Position numbers and translations under genes: made by a program. From the IMG/VR virus record IMGVR_UViG_3300047160_002519, positions 9,234 through 73,233 of that record: DNA of 64,000 nucleotides; one strand, given 5' to 3'. Source of the DNA: a virus. Of this stretch, positions 9,953 through 18,521 are shown one piece after another; position 1 is the first letter of the stretch; each line of letters opens with the position of its first letter. The notes under the pieces were generated by a model. That model had not been told where the DNA came from. It did no database searches and saw only the letters and a program-made list of their open reading frames with translations.

Positions 9953-10102
9953 CTAGCGGCAATCCCCGGCGACCGGGATGCCGATCGCCAGCCGGATGCA
10001 ATCAGATGGCGGCGGGGCGATCCAGCGCGCCAGTATGACCACCCCGAACGCAAAGGCGAACAGGCCACAGATCACGACGAATGACTGGATAAGCTCCTTC
10101 AT
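9953..10102 (-). CDS. Small membrane protein (49 aa, below ORF-track cutoff)
   Basis: MKELIQSFVVICGLFAFAFGVVILARW...; ATGA-type overlap with upstream gene. Confidence 0.5.
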   Translation of the reverse strand: MKELIQSFVVICGLFAFAFGVVILARWIAPPPSDCIRLAIGIPVAGDCR

Positions 10103-10296
10103 CGGACCCCCACGACGGCTGGAACCTCATGAACGTCCACGACCCGGGAGGACGGGCCGAACAGCCGCCACCGGGCCCGGGCCTCGATCCAGGCGTCATC
10201 CAGATTGAGCGCTTCCACGGTGAAGGTCCAACGGGTGGCGGGCGAGCCCGCGATGCGTTCGACGGTGGCCGCGTAGGTATTCCGGACTTCGGTCAT
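10099..10296 (-). CDS. Hypothetical phage protein
   Basis: Translationally coupled ORF (MTEVRNTY...). Confidence 0.55.
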   Translation of the reverse strand: MTEVRNTYAATVERIAGSPATRWTFTVEALNLDDAWIEARARWRLFGPSSRVVDVHEVPAVVGVR

Positions 10297-10469
10297 AGGA
10301 GCTTTCTCGGTTCGTAATCGTGCATAATGGCCTCCATCGCCTCGATCTCGCGCTTGGCTTCCTTGTCCGCCATGCGACCCTGTACGACCCACCTCGGATA
10401 ATGCTTTTTGCGCAATCCGAGTTCACGCATCGCACAGGCGTATTTTTCCTCCTTTGAGACCTCCCGCAT
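10293..10469 (-). CDS. Conserved small phage protein
   Basis: EKYACAMRELGLRKKHYPRWV..M..EAKREIEAMEAI motif common in alphaproteobacterial phages. Confidence 0.65.
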   Translation of the reverse strand: MREVSKEEKYACAMRELGLRKKHYPRWVVQGRMADKEAKREIEAMEAIMHDYEPRKLL

Positions 10470-10615
10470 TAGACTACCCCCGCCATGATGAGAATGGTGA
10501 TGAGGCAGGCGACCAGCACGAAGAATGTCCCTATGCCGGGGAACGTCTTGTTCGCCATCACGGTCGAAGCCGCGATCCACACCCCAGCAACCGCTATCCC
10601 CGCTCCTATCGTCAT
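10469..10615 (-). CDS. Small membrane protein (48 aa)
   Basis: MTIGAGIAVAGVWIAAS...FFVLVACLITILIMAGVV; coupled to both neighbours. Confidence 0.5.
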   Translation of the reverse strand: MTIGAGIAVAGVWIAASTVMANKTFPGIGTFFVLVACLITILIMAGVV

Positions 10616-11094
10616 CGCTTCATCCTTTTGGCAAATGGTCGAGACGGCCAGGAGCGCTTCCGCTTCGGCGGGGCTTCCCGCTTCTTCTTGATGCGCATGA
10701 GCGCGAGATCGGAGTGCTGACCGTGGTCACCCCGGACCCGCGTCTTGATGTCGTGCGAGCCCACATGCTGAGCGCCGTGCGGGCGGTAGAACAGGTAGCG
10801 GTGATCGTTGGCGTCGGGCTCGTAGATGGTGATCAGCCGACCCTTGACGAACTGCTCCGTCTTGTCGCGATTGCCGAGTGCCGGATCGTGGTCGAGGCGC
10901 AACTCCTCTACCCCGCAGTTGAGCGTGCCCGCGAGCATGCAAAGTTTCGTTTCAAGCAACACGCCGAGCCCGAGCTTGGAGCGGCGGTAGGCCCAATCGT
11001 CGATAACCTTGTCCGGCCATATCTCGCCCAACTGCGTGAGTACCACGTAGCAGCGGACACGAACCGGAATGTGCGGGCGGTACAGGCGGGTCAT
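10612..11094 (-). CDS. HNH-like endonuclease family protein
   Basis: LDHDPAL...PDANDHRYL...HDIKT pattern (degenerate HNH); basic tail. Confidence 0.55.
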   Translation of the reverse strand: MTRLYRPHIPVRVRCYVVLTQLGEIWPDKVIDDWAYRRSKLGLGVLLETKLCMLAGTLNCGVEELRLDHDPALGNRDKTEQFVKGRLITIYEPDANDHRYLFYRPHGAQHVGSHDIKTRVRGDHGQHSDLALMRIKKKREAPPKRKRSWPSRPFAKRMKR

Positions 11095-11564
11095 TCGTCG
11101 GCATCCATCTCGGCATAATCCAAATCGACGATGTCCCAATCCTGACAACAGGCGAACAGCGCGGCATCGTGCTCTTGATCGTGGTATTGATGGCGGTCCT
11201 GCAAGTTGCATTCGAATCGGTCGAGAAGTTCTGCCTGTTTCTCCGGGCCACCCTTCGCGCCATAGCGAGCGACGGTGTCACGCCACGTCTCGCCCTCTTG
11301 CCGCTCCATACTGATCGTCATCGATATCTTGCGCAGTCCAAGATCGAGATCATTGTCGAAAAGAGCAAACCACGCGGTGTAGTGGCTTTCGAGGGGCTTA
11401 CCATTCTTCCTGTTTTCTTCCACGCTCTTATCGTAGGACTGCATGACTTTCGCTTCGTCCAGACCATGCAATTTAGCGACGCGCAGCGCAAAGTCGCGCC
11501 ATGCCTCGCCCTCTTGCCGCTTGACATAGATGCTCAACATTTCTTCGCTCCCGAGCGTGTTCAT
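11091..11564 (-). CDS. Hypothetical protein with internal duplication
   Basis: Two RQEGE(A/T)WRD-initiated units. Confidence 0.6.
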   Translation of the reverse strand: MNTLGSEEMLSIYVKRQEGEAWRDFALRVAKLHGLDEAKVMQSYDKSVEENRKNGKPLESHYTAWFALFDNDLDLGLRKISMTISMERQEGETWRDTVARYGAKGGPEKQAELLDRFECNLQDRHQYHDQEHDAALFACCQDWDIVDLDYAEMDADE

Positions 11565-11791
11565 TTCTTGCGCGCCTTCTTCTTCGGCTTGCGCTTCGGC
11601 GGCGCAAAGACCTCGACCTCGACCACCGCACGCGCGCGATCAAGCTCCTCCCGAATGATTTGGTCGATCCTGATCTGCTTCAGCTTCTCCTCGATGTTGC
11701 TAATGACATCCTGTCGAGCTAACTCGCGCATAGCGCGCTCCTCGCGGAGCTTGCGGACCTGTTCCTCCTTCGGACCACGCTTGTCAGTCAT
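11561..11791 (-). CDS. Hypothetical protein
   Basis: MTDKRGPKEEQVRKLRE; coupled ORF. Confidence 0.55.
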   Translation of the reverse strand: MTDKRGPKEEQVRKLREERAMRELARQDVISNIEEKLKQIRIDQIIREELDRARAVVEVEVFAPPKRKPKKKARKK

Positions 11792-12116
11792 GGTGAACCT
11801 CCTCGCGGTGCAGGAATTCCTGGGCGGCGATCTTCCAGAATGGCCAGGAGCCCATCAGCAACTCCGCGACCTCGCGCAAATTGCCGACCGCATAGGCCCC
11901 GACCGTCGTTTTCGCCTTGGCCGCATTGGCGATGGCTCGCTCCATGTGTTCGATGCGCTCGCTGCCGCGCTGCTTGTCGAAGGCGCGATAGTCGGAGGCG
12001 ATCGATTTCAGGATCAAAAGGAACGTCTGATCGTTGGTCGCGCCGGTGCGCATATCGCGGTGGCTTTCGATCATCGCCTCGACGGCTTCGAGCTTGTCCT
12101 GATAGGTGTAATTCAT
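11784..12116 (-). CDS. Hypothetical protein
   Basis: MNYTYQDKLEAVE; coupled ORF. Confidence 0.55.
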   Translation of the reverse strand: MNYTYQDKLEAVEAMIESHRDMRTGATNDQTFLLILKSIASDYRAFDKQRGSERIEHMERAIANAAKAKTTVGAYAVGNLREVAELLMGSWPFWKIAAQEFLHREEVHHD

Positions 12117-12637
12117 GATGCTGTCCTTCCTGCGTGCTTCACCAGTTGCCCCCGAGTAGTTCGCGACATCGACGCGACTAGATCGAGCACGGCCCACTTC
12201 GATTCCTGAAACATCTGCTTCTTCATCGCGGCCATCGATTGCGACATCGCGGTGTAGGCGCGGACCACGTTGTCGCGCACGACCAGCACCACATAGGGAT
12301 CGAGGCGACGCAGCGTGGCCGCGAGCTTCTTCGCTTCCTGCGGCGACGACATCACGTAGTAGCTCTCATCGTAGTAGCCGCACTGCACGAGCGCCCAATG
12401 GCGCAGGTGGTCGGCCGTTGGAAACTGCGCGGCGTTCTCCTCGGATAGGTTCTTCCAGCCCTCGGTCACGGCCGCGAAGTAATGGTTGTGTGAGTTGCGA
12501 TCGCGCTCCTCCACGACAGCCATGGGGTAGACTTCCCCCACGACGAACTCGCGATTGCAGTAGGCGTTGAAGGCGGGGTTCGGCTTGAACACCTCGCCAT
12601 CCCACAACATGAACACGGTGCGCGGGCGGCGGCTCAT
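12113..12637 (-). CDS. NinB/DUF1367-like recombination-associated protein
   Basis: WDGEVFKP, ERDRNSHNHYFA, HLRHWALVQCGY, SQSMAAMKKQMFQESK motifs. Confidence 0.6.
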   Translation of the reverse strand: MSRRPRTVFMLWDGEVFKPNPAFNAYCNREFVVGEVYPMAVVEERDRNSHNHYFAAVTEGWKNLSEENAAQFPTADHLRHWALVQCGYYDESYYVMSSPQEAKKLAATLRRLDPYVVLVVRDNVVRAYTAMSQSMAAMKKQMFQESKWAVLDLVASMSRTTRGQLVKHAGRTAS

Positions 12638-12882
12638 TTGTTTTTCTCAGCATCAATGAGCTTTCCCTTCGGGAAAAAGCTTACTGGTTCATATTCGTTG
12701 AGACCATAGCGAGAAGCGAGCATCTGAACGCGGAGCCCGGTAAAAAGAGCATTAGCCATCTTAACTTTAGCGTTTACTTCATTGATCGTGCAGCGATGAT
12801 GATCAAAATCATCCCATAGGATCGCTAACTTCAGGAGTACATCTTCGCTGTTTTGTATGAACGTCGTGAGCTTCTTTGACAT
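12634..12882 (-). CDS. Hypothetical protein (lower-GC insert)
   Basis: AT-rich codons relative to flanks; RBS-preceded ATG at 12882. Confidence 0.5.
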   Translation of the reverse strand: MSKKLTTFIQNSEDVLLKLAILWDDFDHHRCTINEVNAKVKMANALFTGLRVQMLASRYGLNEYEPVSFFPKGKLIDAEKNK

Positions 12883-13370
12883 TTGATCGCTTCCCTTATT
12901 TTCTCGATGATGGTTTCGCATTGGTCTAGTTTTCTGAGGCAACACCGAAGTTTGTTCCAGCATGAAAGGCAATACAGTGGATCGTGGCCACCTTTGGTGT
13001 TGGCGTAATATTCACACGCATCCGCAAAGACGTCGACAAAATCGCTTTCCCTCCTTCGCCTCGGCAATTCTGGATGATGGTGGTTGATTATCCCTGGGCC
13101 GCCCGGTCGTCCGCATCCGTCGCATTGGCGAAGTCTGCTTGATGGATAACGAATCTCGATCGGAGGCCCTATGGGATAGTAGTCTGCATTAAGCCAGTAC
13201 CCGGGCTTGACGAAGCTATGCCCGATGACTGCGCCTATATCGTCGCGCAACCATCTTTCCCGGAGCGAGAACCATTTTTCACATTTTTGTTTCTTCCGCT
13301 CGATCAGACGTCGCGCGCCTCCATAGTAGGTCCAATGAAAGCGAGCTTCGGTGCGCGGGCGACGGCTCAT
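12831..13370 (-). CDS. Hypothetical Zn-binding protein (lower-GC insert)
   Basis: CDGC and CLSC pairs; N-terminus MSRRPRT duplicates that of 12113-12637. Confidence 0.5.
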   Translation of the reverse strand: MSRRPRTEARFHWTYYGGARRLIERKKQKCEKWFSLRERWLRDDIGAVIGHSFVKPGYWLNADYYPIGPPIEIRYPSSRLRQCDGCGRPGGPGIINHHHPELPRRRRESDFVDVFADACEYYANTKGGHDPLYCLSCWNKLRCCLRKLDQCETIIEKIREAIKCQRSSRRSYKTAKMYS

Positions 13371-13669
13371 AGATCGACCTGCGGGAGCGCGCTGATCGAT
13401 CGACAAAATACGGCATCGAGCACTTTGCGATCGATGTCCTCGACGTGCTCGGTGCGGCCGGTCTTATCGATGTGGATCGCGATTTTCATGTTCGATCCGC
13501 CCTTGGAAGAGAGATAGCCTATGCGCTTGCCATCGAGCCTCACCTGCACGGCATAGCGATCGAAGCGATTGTCCGGCTCACGCACGAGCAGCACCGGCGT
13601 GCCAGGAAGCACGCCTTCGTTGTAGTTCGTTTCGCCGCAATGTCTCTGACCAACGATCGAATATCTCAT
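13367..13669 (-). CDS. HIRAN domain protein
   Basis: IVGQRH...LVREPDNRFDRYAVQV...IGYL signature. Confidence 0.85.
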   Translation of the reverse strand: MRYSIVGQRHCGETNYNEGVLPGTPVLLVREPDNRFDRYAVQVRLDGKRIGYLSSKGGSNMKIAIHIDKTGRTEHVEDIDRKVLDAVFCRSISALPQVDL

Positions 13670-13845
13670 TTGCGCGCCTCCATCATCTGATCGGCCAGGG
13701 CGTAGGCATGGAGGGCGATCCCCTTCTTGAAGTCGACCTTATGCGCGACGGCGAAATCGTCGAAGCCTTCCACCCACGCGCTGCTCGACATCAAAGCGAT
13801 CAGCGCAACCATGGCGAACTGATCGCGTAAGTTCTCTTCACTCAT
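13666..13845 (-). CDS. Conserved small phage protein (LRDxFA..AYxxADxM family)
   Basis: LRDQFAMVAL...AYALADQMMEAR. Confidence 0.7.
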   Translation of the reverse strand: MSEENLRDQFAMVALIALMSSSAWVEGFDDFAVAHKVDFKKGIALHAYALADQMMEARK

Positions 13846-14579
13846 CCCATCCTCCTGATTTTCTCGACAAGCTGGTGCAGTTCGAAGTCGAACACTTCGA
13901 CAGCATTGGATAACGTCCGAATGTAGGTCTCGTCCCGCCGCACGGTGAACCTCGGCGTGATCGGGAAGCCGGTGTAGAACAGCATCACGTCCACGGCGAC
14001 GAGATCGCCCACCCACATCGTGCCCTGGACCTGCGCGCGGTGCTCGGACGGCATGCCGGCCCCGCGTTCCAGCCGCTCGATGATCAGGTCCGGCTGCATG
14101 GTCTTGATTTCGAGGGCCTTGTCCTTGTCGACCAGCCCGTCCGGCGAGGACCCGACCCAGCGACCCGTGGGCAGCTTGCGACGGATGAAACTGATGCGGC
14201 GCATCGGGCTGAAGGTCCGAGTGGCATAGTGCTCGAAGGCCTCGTCCTCCATGGTTTTCCCGCGCTGCATCGCAGCGGTGACGATCTTTCCCTCGGCTGG
14301 GCGGCCGGTCAGGATTTCACCAGCGAGCGAACGCATGTACTTTGGACGCTGCACCGACTCCCCACCATCGACACCCTGCGCCAGGACGATATGGAAGTTT
14401 GAAGCAGTCGGGATGCCGAGCCGCAGATCGAACCACTCCTGGCTGCCCTGCGGAGCCGCGTCCCATTCGATGATCTCGATCTCGGGCCGAGCGTCAACCG
14501 GCTTCCCATTGTCGCTCTCGTCGAACGTTTGCGGAGTGCGCCGATCGTCGAACGTTTGCGGAGTGCGCCGACCTCTCAT
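13842..14579 (-). CDS. YqaJ/lambda-exonuclease family protein
   Basis: QGSQEWFDLRLGIPTAS, MQRG..E, GSSPDGLV, LEIK, AQVQ motifs. Confidence 0.9.
   Translation of the reverse strand: MRGRRTPQTFDDRRTPQTFDESDNGKPVDARPEIEIIEWDAAPQGSQEWFDLRLGIPTASNFHIVLAQGVDGGESVQRPKYMRSLAGEILTGRPAEGKIVTAAMQRGKTMEDEAFEHYATRTFSPMRRISFIRRKLPTGRWVGSSPDGLVDKDKALEIKTMQPDLIIERLERGAGMPSEHRAQVQGTMWVGDLVAVDVMLFYTGFPITPRFTVRRDETYIRTLSNAVEVFDFELHQLVEKIRRMG
14518..14571. repeat. Perfect 27-bp tandem duplication
   Basis: TCGTCGAACGTTTGCGGAGTGCGCCGA x2, giving RRTPQTFD x2 in the exonuclease N-terminus. Confidence 0.95.
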
Positions 14580-15436
14580 GTCCCCTCCTTCGCATGAGCG
14601 AGCTTGTAGTTGGCACACGATGTGAGCGTGGCTTCGAGCAGCGACGCGGGCAGGTCCTTCAGGTTCTTGATGCGGTACTTCTTGAGGACTTGGTCCTGGG
14701 TGACCCCGCAATCGGCAATGGCCTCAACGAGCTTCGCGAACCCTTCCGCGTCGATCGAGGGCTCGCGGTTGAAGGGAATGTCGCCTGGGAAATCCCCACC
14801 GACAGACCCTGGAGCCGGGCCGACACGCGCGCCATCACGATCTTGATCCATGGGAGCCTCACTGACGATATCGAGCAGCATGATGAGATTGTAGCGCTTG
14901 CCGTAGGATGCGCCGGAGCCGAAGCCCTGCTGGTTGTTCTTCTTGCCCGTGACATCCACCATTAGCGGGAAGCGCGAGACCATCGCGTGCCCACCGACGT
15001 GCGTGAGATAGCCGACGACGTCCGCCTTCACGCCATCGAGCGAGGGCTCGATGACGTTGTTGAAAGTGAAGCCGTTCTGCTTCAAGCGCGGCCGACAGAC
15101 GCCCATCAGATTCGGGTAGGTCGAGTAGCTGGTTTTGAGCTTCTTATTACCCTTCGCCGTGAGGCCGTCGCCATGGTCGATGAAGCCATCGCGGGTGATG
15201 ACCGGCAGAGAGGACTGCAACTCATTGAAGGCGCGCGTGAACGCCATGCGCGCCTCGTCCTTCGCGATCGAGCGCTGCATGTCGAGCAGCGCCCGCATCT
15301 TCTCGGGATCACACTTCGGGTTGATGCTCGCCCGAAAGATCACTTCTATCATCGACTTCGGCGGCGGCTGTGGCTTCGGCCGGAACGGCACGATCTCCGC
15401 ACTCTTGCGAGACGTCGTCAGGGACTTTTTCGGCAT
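14576..15436 (-). CDS. erf: ERF-family single-strand annealing protein
   Basis: LTHVGGH, KNNQQGFGSGASYGKRY (ERF GSxxSYxxRY motif), DQDRDG; adjacent to exonuclease. Confidence 0.9.
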   Translation of the reverse strand: MPKKSLTTSRKSAEIVPFRPKPQPPPKSMIEVIFRASINPKCDPEKMRALLDMQRSIAKDEARMAFTRAFNELQSSLPVITRDGFIDHGDGLTAKGNKKLKTSYSTYPNLMGVCRPRLKQNGFTFNNVIEPSLDGVKADVVGYLTHVGGHAMVSRFPLMVDVTGKKNNQQGFGSGASYGKRYNLIMLLDIVSEAPMDQDRDGARVGPAPGSVGGDFPGDIPFNREPSIDAEGFAKLVEAIADCGVTQDQVLKKYRIKNLKDLPASLLEATLTSCANYKLAHAKEGT

Positions 15437-15602
15437 GGAAACCTCCTGCTTCGCGCATGGCCAGATATTCGAGCCTAATATCGTCCAACAGCGCGCAGAA
15501 CCGCTCGATGCCCATCGCGCGCATCATTGATTTGACGATCTCCTCGGCGGTGCCTTTCGGCACCACCATCATGAACGTGAGATGTTCTTTCTCTTCGGAC
15601 AT
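15309..15602 (-). CDS. Hypothetical protein
   Basis: Starts 1 nt after upstream stop; 3' part overlaps ERF so end/start uncertain. Confidence 0.4.
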   Translation of the reverse strand: MSEEKEHLTFMMVVPKGTAEEIVKSMMRAMGIERFCALLDDIRLEYLAMREAGGFHAEKVPDDVSQECGDRAVPAEATAAAEVDDRSDLSGEHQPEV

Positions 15603-16487
15603 TCAGCGCACCCTCGACTTCGCACGCTTGCCGAACGTTGCGCCCTTGATCTGCACGGTCTTGTCCGAGGAGAACCCGACCGAACGGGCGTAGCCGTAGA
15701 GCGCCTGTTGCAACGCAGCCAAAGTCAGATACGGCCGCAGCTTCTCCAGATCGATCACCTTCGGGTCGGTCACTTCGTAGAAGTTTTCCTGCTCCCGGGT
15801 GCCGAGCGTGCCCGTCGAGGTGCGGGTGCGCATGCTCGCGGCGGGCGTGCGGAGCGTCTCGATGCGGGCTTCGACAGCCCGGGCACTGGTCACCTCCACC
15901 TCGACGTTGGCCTTTGCCTGGGCTTCTCTGGCCTCCTGGGCGGCCTTCTCGGCGGCAGCCCTGGTTGCCTCGGTTCGCGCGCGGGAGGCCTTTAGCTCGG
16001 CTTCCTTGCGCTCCTGCTCGGCCTTCGCGGCGGCGGCCTCGGCTTCCTCCTTCTTCTTCCGTGCCTCCTCCTCGACGAGCCGCGCCTTCTCCTTGATCTC
16101 GGCCTCGATCCGATCATCGTATTCGGTGATCAGCCGGTTGATACGATCGGCGTGCCCTTCCTTGTTCTTCTTGTCGCGCCGCGAGAGCAGATCGATCTTG
16201 GCGAAGAAGAACTGATCCGCTGCCTGCGCGCGTCGCATGTGCGGCATCTTCTCAAGCGCGTGGAGGCCGTCCGAGCGCTTGGCCTCATCGCGGAACCGCT
16301 TCACGAGGTTCATGCCGGTTGCCTTGGTGTCGGCGTCAATCACCTCGGTGAAAAGCTTGCCCTCGGCGTCGAGCTTCTCGACTTCCTCGGTGAGCCACGC
16401 ATATTCGGCATCGAGCCGCTCGGACTCGATCGCGGCAAAATCGATGTTGGTGAGATTGTCGCCCATGCCGGGCGTTTCGTCAGTCAC
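15603..16487 (-). CDS. Coiled-coil phage protein (recombination-module, Gam/Gp157-like position)
   Basis: GTG start with GGAG RBS; PGMGDN N-terminus, long E/K/A coiled coil, C-terminal IKGATF. Confidence 0.65.
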   Translation of the reverse strand: MTDETPGMGDNLTNIDFAAIESERLDAEYAWLTEEVEKLDAEGKLFTEVIDADTKATGMNLVKRFRDEAKRSDGLHALEKMPHMRRAQAADQFFFAKIDLLSRRDKKNKEGHADRINRLITEYDDRIEAEIKEKARLVEEEARKKKEEAEAAAAKAEQERKEAELKASRARTEATRAAAEKAAQEAREAQAKANVEVEVTSARAVEARIETLRTPAASMRTRTSTGTLGTREQENFYEVTDPKVIDLEKLRPYLTLAALQQALYGYARSVGFSSDKTVQIKGATFGKRAKSRVR

Positions 16488-16537
16488 GATGTTGACTCCA
16501 AAAGTTTGATTGCCAGGATAATCGCGCAGATTGCGTC

Positions 16538-17053
16538 TCACTTCTTGCCCCCCTTCGGCTTGCGGGCGGGCTTGACCACCTTCTGGACCTTCTTGCTGTT
16601 GGCGGCCATCACGTCGAACTTCGGCTCCGGCTCCCCGATCCAATCCCCGAAGTCGAACGTGCGCTCGACGGGAGCCTGGGAATGCCAGGACGGCACCGGA
16701 CCTGACTGCGAGCGCAGCTTCTTGTAGCCGGAATACGGCCCGGGCTTCTGCATGTCCGCCGTGGCGTTCCAAATGCGCAGGTAGCAGTGGTGCAGATCGT
16801 GATCTTTCACGGAGTCCTTGAAGTTGCCATAGGTGATGCCGAACAACTCGCGGCGCATCACGTCGGCAACGATCGCCTGCCCGATCCGGGCGCGGTAGAG
16901 GTAGTCCGCGAATTCGTCGCGTTCGACCTTCACGTCGCGACCGAATACCTTCTCGATGTCGCCTTCGCGGCGGGCGCGGACCAGCAACTGGTCGGGATCG
17001 GTGCAATCCTTGCGGACGATGGAGAAGAACGCGTCATTGAGGCAAATCCACAT
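16538..17053 (-). CDS. Conserved hypothetical phage protein
   Basis: MWICLNDAFFSIV..LLVRAR..DYLYRA..ITYGNFK family motif. Confidence 0.7.
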   Translation of the reverse strand: MWICLNDAFFSIVRKDCTDPDQLLVRARREGDIEKVFGRDVKVERDEFADYLYRARIGQAIVADVMRRELFGITYGNFKDSVKDHDLHHCYLRIWNATADMQKPGPYSGYKKLRSQSGPVPSWHSQAPVERTFDFGDWIGEPEPKFDVMAANSKKVQKVVKPARKPKGGKK

Positions 17054-17147
17054 GAGATAGAACCCTTTCAGTGAGTGAGAAGAACAAGAACCCCGATGCC
17101 CAGGGCGAGTGAGAGTAGGTAGAGCATTCCGAACCGAACTTCGGTCA

Positions 17148-17426
17148 TTAGCCTCCTTTGGATTGGCACACCGACAGCCGGTGGCGAACCGGGTAGCCCC
17201 GGCGATCGTCCTCTTGCTGCAGGCGCTGGGTGATGAGGCGGATCGCCGCCTCGGCATGGGGACGGGTCTTGAACACGAACCCGTCGTAGTAGCTGTCCGA
17301 CCATGACACGCCATTGCCATAGACGGTCAGGAAGTAGTTGCCGCCATCGGCGTGCTCCATCTTGATGCGGAACTCGGGCGGCGGATCCTCCCGGAAGTTC
17401 ATGGTGACTTTGACTTCGAGCTTCAT
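17148..17426 (-). CDS. Hypothetical protein
   Basis: MKLEVKV after GGGGAG RBS. Confidence 0.55.
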   Translation of the reverse strand: MKLEVKVTMNFREDPPPEFRIKMEHADGGNYFLTVYGNGVSWSDSYYDGFVFKTRPHAEAAIRLITQRLQQEDDRRGYPVRHRLSVCQSKGG

Positions 17427-17532
17427 AGGGCGACTCCCCCGAACATGAGCGAACCGAAATCCAGATGCGCCGCGTGCAGCGCCACCGACAGCGCGAGCTT
17501 CAGCCCGAACCGCCGAACGAAATAGAACAACA

Positions 17533-17760
17533 TCACTTCCCCCAGATGCGAATGAGAGTGTCGGAAAGGTTCTCGCCCGGCTTCGCCAGCGTTTGCAGTT
17601 GATCGAGACCGCAGCGGGAAATGCCAATGTCGATCTTGCCATCGGGGCGATTCAGAGCGACGCCACCGAATAGCCTCGAAGCTGGCTTGAGGCGGACCAC
17701 CAAATTGAACGCGTGGGCGGAAAGCGTGAGGCGGTAGAGACTTGGCTTTGCGAGCTTCAT
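17533..17760 (-). CDS. First gene of leftward operon, hypothetical
   Basis: ATG after GGGG RBS, directly downstream of leader hairpin. Confidence 0.55.
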   Translation of the reverse strand: MKLAKPSLYRLTLSAHAFNLVVRLKPASRLFGGVALNRPDGKIDIGISRCGLDQLQTLAKPGENLSDTLIRIWGK

Positions 17761-17815
17761 TTTAGACCCCTAACGGCGGGGCCTCGATTCGCCCCCGGCG
17801 CACCACAAGCTATGA

Positions 17816-17832
17816 GGGATGATTGTCCCCGA
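17816..17832 (-). promoter_or_regulatory. Operator-like site TCGGGGA-N5-ATCCC in the divergent control region
   Basis: Reverse strand TCGGGGACAATCATCCC; same near-palindrome recurs at 18209, 27409, 33102, 34126. Confidence 0.6.
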
Positions 17833-17889
17833 GACAAGTTCTATTTCAGCGGGTGAGAAAAAATGTTTGGAGGCGTGGCCGACACCCCC

Positions 17890-17919
17890 TTGTGCGGCGC
17901 GGGATACCGATGATATGAG
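17890..17919 (+). promoter_or_regulatory. Putative rightward promoter (TTGTGC-18bp-TATGAG, extended TG)
   Basis: Ends 6 nt before the ATG at 17926, no SD, so a leaderless mRNA is plausible. Confidence 0.4.
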
Positions 17920-17925
17920 TTCCAA

Positions 17926-18177
17926 ATGTTCGAAATCCTCATCCGCCAGAATCTCAACGCGCTGGTCGCGGCCTACCGGAAGGCCACGGGCAAGAGTCTT
18001 ACGTCCATCTCCAAGGAGTTCTATGGACGCGGCGATTTCTTGCGCGAGTTTCAGGCGGGCCGCCACACCATTAGCGTCGATCGCCTGGGCGCGATGATCC
18101 GGCAGTTTGAGGAGCGCTGGCCGGACGGCGAGAAGATGCCCGTGCTGCGCCCGATCTTCATGGTCCGCCGGAAATAA
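17926..18177 (+). CDS. Cro-like HTH regulator
   Basis: AYRKATGKSLTSISKEFYGRGDFL...RWP pattern of alphaproteobacterial phage Cro-like proteins; first gene of rightward operon. Confidence 0.7.
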   Translation: MFEILIRQNLNALVAAYRKATGKSLTSISKEFYGRGDFLREFQAGRHTISVDRLGAMIRQFEERWPDGEKMPVLRPIFMVRRK

Positions 18178-18208
18178 CCGGAGCTACCCTCCTACGCCTA
18201 ATAGGCCT

Positions 18209-18223
18209 GGGGAAAACTATCCC
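18209..18223 (+). promoter_or_regulatory. Operator-like site GGGGA-N5-ATCCC
   Basis: GGGGAAAACTATCCC in intergenic DNA after the Cro-like gene. Confidence 0.5.
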
Positions 18224-18311
18224 CTAGCCCCACTTATCCTATGTTATTTTTACACGGGGAAAAGTGCCGGTACCACTTCCGGGAATCAGAGCGGCGTGCA
18301 AGGAAGCGGCC

Positions 18312-18512
18312 ATGATGCAACCCACCGACAATCCCCTGGACGAAATCGAGGAGATCGAATTGGTCCCCTTGGCGCTCCCGCTTGACCCGGCTACGGTCGA
18401 GTGGCTGCGCAAAATATCGAAAGGCAACGATATTGAGGCAGCGGAGATCGTCGCCTCCATCATCCGCGCGATCCGGGAGGACGATGAGGAAACCCAAACC
18501 ACTCTGCATTGA
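18312..18512 (+). CDS. Small acidic hypothetical protein
   Basis: AAGGA RBS; ends TTLH. Confidence 0.5.
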   Translation: MMQPTDNPLDEIEEIELVPLALPLDPATVEWLRKISKGNDIEAAEIVASIIRAIREDDEETQTTLH

Positions 18513-18521
18513 GGAGCGATC

